Source of the DNA: an uncultured bacterium
GTDB lineage: Bacteria; Fidelibacterota; Marinisomatia; Marinisomatales; JACNKV01
DNA length: 64,000 nt
Reading direction: 5' to 3'
Assembly: GCA_964645915.1 (NCBI GenBank)
Contig: CAZYDH010000002.1
Location: forward strand, 19,465-83,464
The number at the start of each line of letters is the position of its first letter. Positions within the stretch are counted from its first letter, which is position 1. Positions 58,327 through 64,000 of the stretch are shown here, piece after piece. Below the pieces are notes generated by a model that saw nothing but the letters and a program-made list of their open reading frames with translations, did no database searches and had not been told where the DNA came from. The translations under genes and the position numbers were made by a program.

Positions 58327-59592
58327 TCATTTCACTGTGAAGGGGATATTGGCATGACCGCCATTTCCACTTTCATCAAATACAAAGACGAACAAACGAT
58401 AATGCCCGGATTCTTTAGGGGTGTTAAAAACCAATGAATCTTTCGTTTGATTTATAACAGCATATTCTGCGATGGGAGGTTTCTTTTCCTCATCTCCACC
58501 ATCCTTTTTATCAATGGCTTCATGTAAGATTTCCCACAAAACAGATACTGTGCTTCCTTCAGGATCGTTTGCCCAAACAACCGCTTTATGAGCAGATTCA
58601 GGAGAGAAGGTAAGGTTTGAATAGGCGCTTTTGTTATCGATTCGAAGTGAATCCAAAATCGGAGATCTATCATTAGGCCATTGATTATTCCACACATAAT
58701 GCAATACGTCTACAGATTGAGTTTTTGCTCCATCTGATAGAAACAAACTGTACCAGGTTGATGTCCTCTCTTGTTTATTCCCCCAGAAAAAAACATATCC
58801 GCCCAAGCAGTTTGAATGAGGGAGAATGTCTTCTCTATATTCCTTTTCGTATAACTCGGCTTTTTCTTTACTAGTAAACTCAATTGGTTCACCCCAACTT
58901 GTTTTTGCAACTTCCCAATGACCAAATGGTCCCCATTCTCCCAGGATATAAGGTTTTGTCCAGCCGAAGTCTTCCAACCAATCATTGACAACGGGTATTC
59001 CCGCATAGGCATTCACACCTAGAATATCAATACTGGGACATTGTTTTTGTATGAGTTCTGCTTCTCGTCTTTCAATAAAGGCAGTTGTGGTCATCGTAGG
59101 ATGGTTGCCATCAACTTCATGTATATACCGAGCAAATTCTTCGACTGCATTCCAAACAGTGGTATCTGTATAAAAAGAATTTAATTCATTTCCAATTCCC
59201 CACATCAATAAGTTAGGATGATCTTTATATTTTAGGATGTAGGGTTTATATTTTTCAAATTGTTGTTTAACAGCGTCAGGATCACTATAATCAAATCCTT
59301 GTCGTTCCTGAACAAGCCAAATTCCGGCACAGACATAAAAGTTGTATTTCTCCGCCATTTCGAAGATTTCGTTCCACTTATCTACACCCCAAGTCCGTAT
59401 AGAGTTAGCTCCACTCGCGGCTAATATATCATAATGGTCATCAATTCCTGCACCTATAATGTAAAAGGGTTCTCCATTAACTTGTAATTGATACCCTGTA
59501 TCTGTTTTTAATATTTTTACCGAGGATCCATCCTTGGAATAACCGGGGACCGTAAGAAAAATCGATAGAAGTAAAATAATCGAGTTTTTCAT
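58327..59592 (-). CDS. Secreted clan GH-A glycoside hydrolase with C-terminal beta-sandwich (GH158-like or GH2/GH5-like; candidate endo-beta-1,3-glucanase)
   Basis: Signal peptide. TIM-barrel motifs MWGIGNELN (acid/base NE) and ILGEWGPF (candidate nucleophile E). A C-terminal Ig-like region of about 110 aa. The architecture and size (421 aa) fit the GH158 description. The family call is tentative. Confidence 0.5.
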   Translation of the reverse strand: MKNSIILLLSIFLTVPGYSKDGSSVKILKTDTGYQLQVNGEPFYIIGAGIDDHYDILAASGANSIRTWGVDKWNEIFEMAEKYNFYVCAGIWLVQERQGFDYSDPDAVKQQFEKYKPYILKYKDHPNLLMWGIGNELNSFYTDTTVWNAVEEFARYIHEVDGNHPTMTTTAFIERREAELIQKQCPSIDILGVNAYAGIPVVNDWLEDFGWTKPYILGEWGPFGHWEVAKTSWGEPIEFTSKEKAELYEKEYREDILPHSNCLGGYVFFWGNKQERTSTWYSLFLSDGAKTQSVDVLHYVWNNQWPNDRSPILDSLRIDNKSAYSNLTFSPESAHKAVVWANDPEGSTVSVLWEILHEAIDKKDGGDEEKKPPIAEYAVINQTKDSLVFNTPKESGHYRLFVFVFDESGNGGHANIPFTVK

Positions 59593-59607
59593 GGTCTTTG
59601 TATTAGT

Positions 59608-61854
59608 TTACCTAATTACCTCAAACTTAGCGAACAGTCCACTATCAGAATCCGGAGCTATCCACACATGAAATGTACCGGGTTCGGTTACCAATTTCAT
59701 TTCTGGATTATAAAAAGCCAGATCGCTAGTGTTTAAAGTGAATTGAACAGTTTGTGATTCTCCTGGTTGAAGTTGAATCCTTTTGAATCTTCTTAACTCT
59801 TTTACAGGTGGGGTAATACTGGCAACTAAATCACGAGTATATAACTGAACTACCTCTTCAGCTTTAACATGTCCATCGTTTCTAATAACTGCTGAAATTG
59901 TAATATCTTTACCCATTTGCACAATAGAGTCCGAAAGTGTGGGATTGGAATAACTGAAATTCGTATAGGAAAGTCCGTACCCAAAAGGAAATTGCGGTTT
60001 ATATCCGGCATCTAAATAGTGAGATTCATTCCCAAGAGACGTTTGCCACATGCGAACCGGAATATCATCTATATGAACATAAGTATCCTCGTTAGGAGGT
60101 CTGCCCGTATTTTTATGATTATAATACATGGGTATTTGTCCTACAACTTTAGGGAAAGTAACAGGAAGTTTACCCGAAGGGCATTCTTTACCAAAAAGTA
60201 GATCAACAATTGCCGGTCCACCCATAGTTCCTGGATGGAAGGAGAAGAGGACAGCATCAACTTTATCAAGAATGTTTCCCATGGTTAATGGTCTGCCTGC
60301 CATCACGATGAGGACAATAGGTTTGCCTGTTTGATGTAATTGTAAGATCAGCTCTTCTTGTGCTCCGGGAAGATTTATATTAGCTCTACAATGTGCTTCT
60401 CCGGTAATAATGGCTTCTTCTCCAGCAAAAAATAAAATCACATCAGATTTTTCAGCTGCTGATATTGCTTCTTTGAAATAAGTATCTTCAGTGGATCGGG
60501 AAATTTCTAATCCTTTGGAATAATGAATGTTCAAATCACTGCTATAGATATCATTGAGCGCATCCATTGGAGTTTTGGAATCCTCAATATTTTGATCAAA
60601 AGACCAAGTCCCAAGCTGTTCATAAGGATCGTCAGCAAATGGTCCGATTACTGCGATGTCTTTAATGTTTTTAGAAAGGGGTAATATGTTCTGATCATTT
60701 TTTAACATCACGATACTTTGTATAGCGGATTCTTTTGCCATACTCAAATAATCTTCATTAACCATTTTTGGGAATTGATCAGTATCTACAAAAGGATTTT
60801 CAAATAACCCCAATTCGAACTTTAATCGTAATATATTCCGGACAGCCTCATCAATAAGTTTGATGTCAACTTCTCCTGAATTTACAAGCTCTTGTAAATA
60901 ATCTTCATAATCTGTTGAAGCCATCTCCATGTCTACTCCAGCGGTCAATGCTTTTTGAGCAGTAGCTTTTTCATCTGCACAGTATCCGTGCGCAATCATT
61001 TCATGGATAGATGCCCAGTCACTGACCACAACTCCATTCCAATCCCATTCCTGACGTAAAATGTCTCTTAATAAAAATGAGTTTCCTGTGGAGGGAATTC
61101 CATTTACATCATGAAATCCAGCCATTAATGTTTTTACTCCGACTTCTGCGCTAGCCTGGAAAGGTTTTAAATAGACCTCTCTAAGAAGTTGTTCGGGAAT
61201 GTAAGCTGTATTATAATCTCTTCCGCCTTCACCACCTCCATATCCGACATAATGTTTAGCGCAGGCGGCAATAGATTCGGGATTTGACGGATCATCTGAT
61301 TGAAATCCTTTTATCATAGCCACCGCCATTTGACTGGTTAAGTAGTGATCTTCACCAAAGGATTCAGCGATTCTACCCCATCTTGGATCTCTTGAAATAT
61401 CCATCATGGGTCCAAATGTCCACTTAATTCCAACTGAAGCTGCTTCAGAAGCTGCAACTCGTGCTCCTTGCTCGACTAAGTCAGTATTCCAAGTTGCTGC
61501 AAGTCCGATTGGAATTGGGAAAATTGTGCGAAATCCATGAATTACATCCCGTGCAATAAGTAAGGGAATACCATGCGGGCTTTCTTCAACAGCGAGTTTT
61601 TGAAGAGTTTTTATTTTTTCTGGATCGGTTACATTCAAGATGGATCCAATTTTTCCTGCTTTTACACCTTCATAGTTCCAATCAGCTCCACTCCGCTGAC
61701 ACATTTGACCGATTTTATCTTGAAGTGACATTTCTTTAAGTAAGCGATCAATTTTTACTTCCATATCATTGACTTCGTTAGACATGTTAAACCCGATTGT
61801 ATGAATTAAAAATAGTATCGGATAAATGAGTTTAAATTTCATTGAGAACCTCAT
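59608..61854 (-). CDS. Glycoside hydrolase family 3 beta-glucosidase (BglX-like), periplasmic
   Basis: Signal peptide, the KIGQM N-terminal motif, nucleophile motif GVVVSDW, a C-terminal alpha/beta sandwich and an Fn3-like domain. The start may be the internal ATG at 61842. Confidence 0.9.
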   Translation of the reverse strand: MRFSMKFKLIYPILFLIHTIGFNMSNEVNDMEVKIDRLLKEMSLQDKIGQMCQRSGADWNYEGVKAGKIGSILNVTDPEKIKTLQKLAVEESPHGIPLLIARDVIHGFRTIFPIPIGLAATWNTDLVEQGARVAASEAASVGIKWTFGPMMDISRDPRWGRIAESFGEDHYLTSQMAVAMIKGFQSDDPSNPESIAACAKHYVGYGGGEGGRDYNTAYIPEQLLREVYLKPFQASAEVGVKTLMAGFHDVNGIPSTGNSFLLRDILRQEWDWNGVVVSDWASIHEMIAHGYCADEKATAQKALTAGVDMEMASTDYEDYLQELVNSGEVDIKLIDEAVRNILRLKFELGLFENPFVDTDQFPKMVNEDYLSMAKESAIQSIVMLKNDQNILPLSKNIKDIAVIGPFADDPYEQLGTWSFDQNIEDSKTPMDALNDIYSSDLNIHYSKGLEISRSTEDTYFKEAISAAEKSDVILFFAGEEAIITGEAHCRANINLPGAQEELILQLHQTGKPIVLIVMAGRPLTMGNILDKVDAVLFSFHPGTMGGPAIVDLLFGKECPSGKLPVTFPKVVGQIPMYYNHKNTGRPPNEDTYVHIDDIPVRMWQTSLGNESHYLDAGYKPQFPFGYGLSYTNFSYSNPTLSDSIVQMGKDITISAVIRNDGHVKAEEVVQLYTRDLVASITPPVKELRRFKRIQLQPGESQTVQFTLNTSDLAFYNPEMKLVTEPGTFHVWIAPDSDSGLFAKFEVIR

Positions 61855-61869
61855 GAATTTATAAATGTT

Positions 61870-63294
61870 TTACTCAACGTATTCTTTACGAGTAGCTAAC
61901 TCTGCACGGTTTTCAGCAGCTTTTTGTTCATCAATATCGTAAGAGTTCATTACCCACATCGCGATAAGAGTTCCTAGAATTGGTAACCCGGAATAGAAAA
62001 TTCGCATTCCGGTTATTGCACTCTCTGGATTGTTAGGTCCCTGTTCAAATCCTACAAGCGACATAATTACCCCGCTAAGCAAACCTGCAATAGCTAATCC
62101 GAATTTTACCATCCACCAATAAATTGCACCCAAAACACCTTCGCGACGCTTACCGGTGTTGATTTCATCTAAATCGCAAACATCGGCAGTCATAGACATC
62201 ATTAGCGTAAATAGACCCCCTATACCAAATGAGAAAAATGGAAGAGCTATAAGAAACATATAAGGTTTTCCAGGAATAAATAAGAACCAAAATAATATAT
62301 AACCGATAATGGAAATACCTTGTGAAAGAAGAAAGGTCTTTTTCTTGCCAAATATTTTGGAAACTTTTGCAACAATTGGAATAACTACAAATGTTGTAAC
62401 AAGAGCCCCCACACATCCATGAAGTGTTGGCCAAATACCGGCGGCGCTTGCATCTCCATTAAACAAATAGTATACAATAATGAAAAAGGAAAATGCTGCA
62501 ACAGTATTAAAAGCGTTAAAAACCAAGAAAGTCGCAATACACAGTTTTCGAAACGGTTTATTTTGGAATGCTATCTTAAATCCTTTGAAGATATCGACTG
62601 CGCTGTTACCGATATTACCTCTGGTAAGCGGCATCAATGAATCATCATTTAAAGTAGATTTACTTTTAACGAACACTGCGGGCACCATGGCAAGTAGCAT
62701 ACAGATCACCCCGATCCAAATGGCAACTTCTCTACTGCCAGCATCGGCACTTTCAAACCAGTTAGGATCGTAGAGTATTACCCAGAACCATGGAGCAATT
62801 ACCCAAGCCCATTGCCCAATCCACTGAGCTACGGCCATTATGCTCGTTCGCTCATGAAAATCGTTACTCATCTCATAGCCCATAGCTACATAAGGCACAC
62901 TAAAGATGGTTAAGCCAAGATAAAATACAAATGAGAATAATAGAAAATATATAAAGTTGTAACTCACTCCGTTTTCAGGATATAATTGCCACATTAAACT
63001 AAATGAAGCACCCATTATCAATGCCCCAAGAAAAACCCACTGTCTGCGTCTTCCCCATTTTGAACGGGTATTGTCTGAAATAAATCCCATGATAGGATCG
63101 GTAATGGCATCAAACACTCTAGGAAGAAAGAAAATGATTCCCCAAAGTAATGGTGGGAATCCCAGATCTTGAACTAACACTACCATTAAGATTCCTAACG
63201 CAGCTGGGAACATTTGGTTTGCTAGCATTCCTAAACCAAATGCTAATTTCTGTCCGAAGGCAACTTTATCCTGAGTTTCTATCGCGTGTGACAT
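61870..63294 (-). CDS. Glycoside-pentoside-hexuronide (GPH):cation symporter family MFS transporter
   Basis: 474 aa with about 12 TM segments. The signature DAITDPIMGFISDNTRSKWGRRRQW matches the GPH D..DP..G...D.T....GR.RPW motif. Confidence 0.88.
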   Translation of the reverse strand: MSHAIETQDKVAFGQKLAFGLGMLANQMFPAALGILMVVLVQDLGFPPLLWGIIFFLPRVFDAITDPIMGFISDNTRSKWGRRRQWVFLGALIMGASFSLMWQLYPENGVSYNFIYFLLFSFVFYLGLTIFSVPYVAMGYEMSNDFHERTSIMAVAQWIGQWAWVIAPWFWVILYDPNWFESADAGSREVAIWIGVICMLLAMVPAVFVKSKSTLNDDSLMPLTRGNIGNSAVDIFKGFKIAFQNKPFRKLCIATFLVFNAFNTVAAFSFFIIVYYLFNGDASAAGIWPTLHGCVGALVTTFVVIPIVAKVSKIFGKKKTFLLSQGISIIGYILFWFLFIPGKPYMFLIALPFFSFGIGGLFTLMMSMTADVCDLDEINTGKRREGVLGAIYWWMVKFGLAIAGLLSGVIMSLVGFEQGPNNPESAITGMRIFYSGLPILGTLIAMWVMNSYDIDEQKAAENRAELATRKEYVE

Positions 63295-63352
63295 AATTTT
63301 ATTCTATTAGTACTTTGTTTTGTAAGAATGGTTTGATTTAATTAGGAAAATC

Positions 63353-64000
63353 TTATTGGCCGGGTTTTGTGCTGGAGCGAATACTTAATGAAACAGGAAC
63401 TAAATTGATATGCCCGTGACTATCGTTTTCCCCTTGATATTTCTTTTCCAATAAACGTATTGAAGCTTTGCCAAGTTCGTAGAAATTTGTATTAACTGAT
63501 GTCAATTCTGGATTATAAATTTTACAAAATGGAAGATCATCATATCCGGCTAAGGCAAAATCTTTAGGGATATTTCTTCCATCCTGTATGGCTTTTTTAA
63601 TAAATCCAAAACACATTTGATCGTTAGAGCCAAATATAGCAATATTGGACAAACCTTGGTCTTTAATGTCTTTATAGGCATGATATCCGGAACCAATTGA
63701 GTAATCGCCCTTAAATCTCCAGACATTATTTAATTTTTTTGAAACAGATACATAGTCTAGAAATCCATTTTTTCTATAGAGAGCTTCCACTTTATTTGAA
63801 GGTCCGGTAATAATTCCAACGTTAGTATATCCTAATTCTTCAAAGTGTTTTGCAACCATATATCCACCACGATAGGCGTCAAATGTGACCGTGTCAATTA
63901 CCGGATTTACAATGGGCGCAAGAGAGATAATGGGATAGTCACCTATAGCTTTTTTGATCTTTTTATAATCTTTCACACCAAATTCGGGCAGGAAGAGACA
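63353..64000 (-). CDS. LacI-family transcriptional regulator (C-terminal sugar-binding domain; N-terminal HTH lies beyond the window)
   Basis: Periplasmic-binding-protein-like fold with ALAGYDDLP and PELTSV motifs typical of LacI/GalR effector domains. The reading frame stays open to nt 64000, so the gene is truncated by the window edge. Confidence 0.8.
   Translation of the reverse strand, partial: CLFLPEFGVKDYKKIKKAIGDYPIISLAPIVNPVIDTVTFDAYRGGYMVAKHFEELGYTNVGIITGPSNKVEALYRKNGFLDYVSVSKKLNNVWRFKGDYSIGSGYHAYKDIKDQGLSNIAIFGSNDQMCFGFIKKAIQDGRNIPKDFALAGYDDLPFCKIYNPELTSVNTNFYELGKASIRLLEKKYQGENDSHGHINLVPVSLSIRSSTKPGQ

Noticed and set aside
63295-63352. LacI-type palindromic operator between the regulator and the GPH transporter gene
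   Set aside because: I could not find a convincing 14-20 bp palindrome of the TGxAAxCGxTTxCA type in this spacer. The operator may lie elsewhere, for example upstream of the regulator beyond the window.
1-64000. Search for CRISPR arrays, tandem repeats, tRNA/rRNA genes, transposases, integrases, toxin-antitoxin pairs or defence islands
   Set aside because: I found none. Intergenic spacers are nearly all under 100 nt, with the largest about 240 nt. No direct-repeat/spacer periodicity was seen, and no ORF has recombinase, nuclease-defence or phage-like motifs. The glycan block cannot therefore be shown to be a mobile island from this window.

Overview
AT-rich, very gene-dense bacterial chromosome segment, about 57 CDS with almost no non-coding space. 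I found no rRNA, tRNA, CRISPR array, transposase or integrase. Most of the window is core metabolism.

Gene order, left to right:
- xseA tail, xseB, nadK; then a CoA-binding protein and proline dehydrogenase on the minus strand.
- An 11-gene nuo operon (nuoABCDHIJKLMN, no nuoEFG), followed after only 19 nt by nqrABCDEF and apbE, with a convergent nqrM.
- An ArsB/NhaD-type permease translationally coupled to a PduO-type cobalamin adenosyltransferase.
- nrnA, ispH, pdxS, pdxT, dxs, and a catalytic-domain-only methylmalonyl-CoA mutase.
- System II cytochrome c biogenesis (resB, an unknown 168-aa gene, ccsA).
- An archaeal-type (class II) GAPDH, an MBL hydrolase, tilS, ftsH, folP and dacA.
- A menaquinone cluster: menI-like thioesterase, menF, rsgA on the opposite strand, menD, menB, menA and a fused menC-menE ORF.
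- A roughly 16.7-kb minus-strand block (47.3-64 kb) that looks accessory. It reads LacI regulator (cut by the window edge), GPH/MFS symporter, GH3, a clan GH-A hydrolase (GH158-like), a leaderless 1147-aa phosphorylase-like protein, GH17, a GH3-PA14 lipoprotein, and a 1198-aa secreted LTD-CotH-LTD protein with a T9SS-type C-terminal sorting domain.

The T9SS tail, the 11-subunit nuo plus nqr, the folP-dacA adjacency and the short MenE form suggest an FCB-superphylum organism, possibly an uncultured marine lineage. That is inference only.

The best candidates for something under-described are:
- the SusC/D-less beta-1,3-glucan locus built around the giant cytoplasmic phosphorylase-like protein;
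- the CotH/LTD secreted protein;
- the apparent nuo-nqr co-transcription;
- the MenC-MenE fusion;
- the unknown gene embedded in the ccs operon.

All family calls come from reading motifs by eye. No HMM or BLAST search was run.
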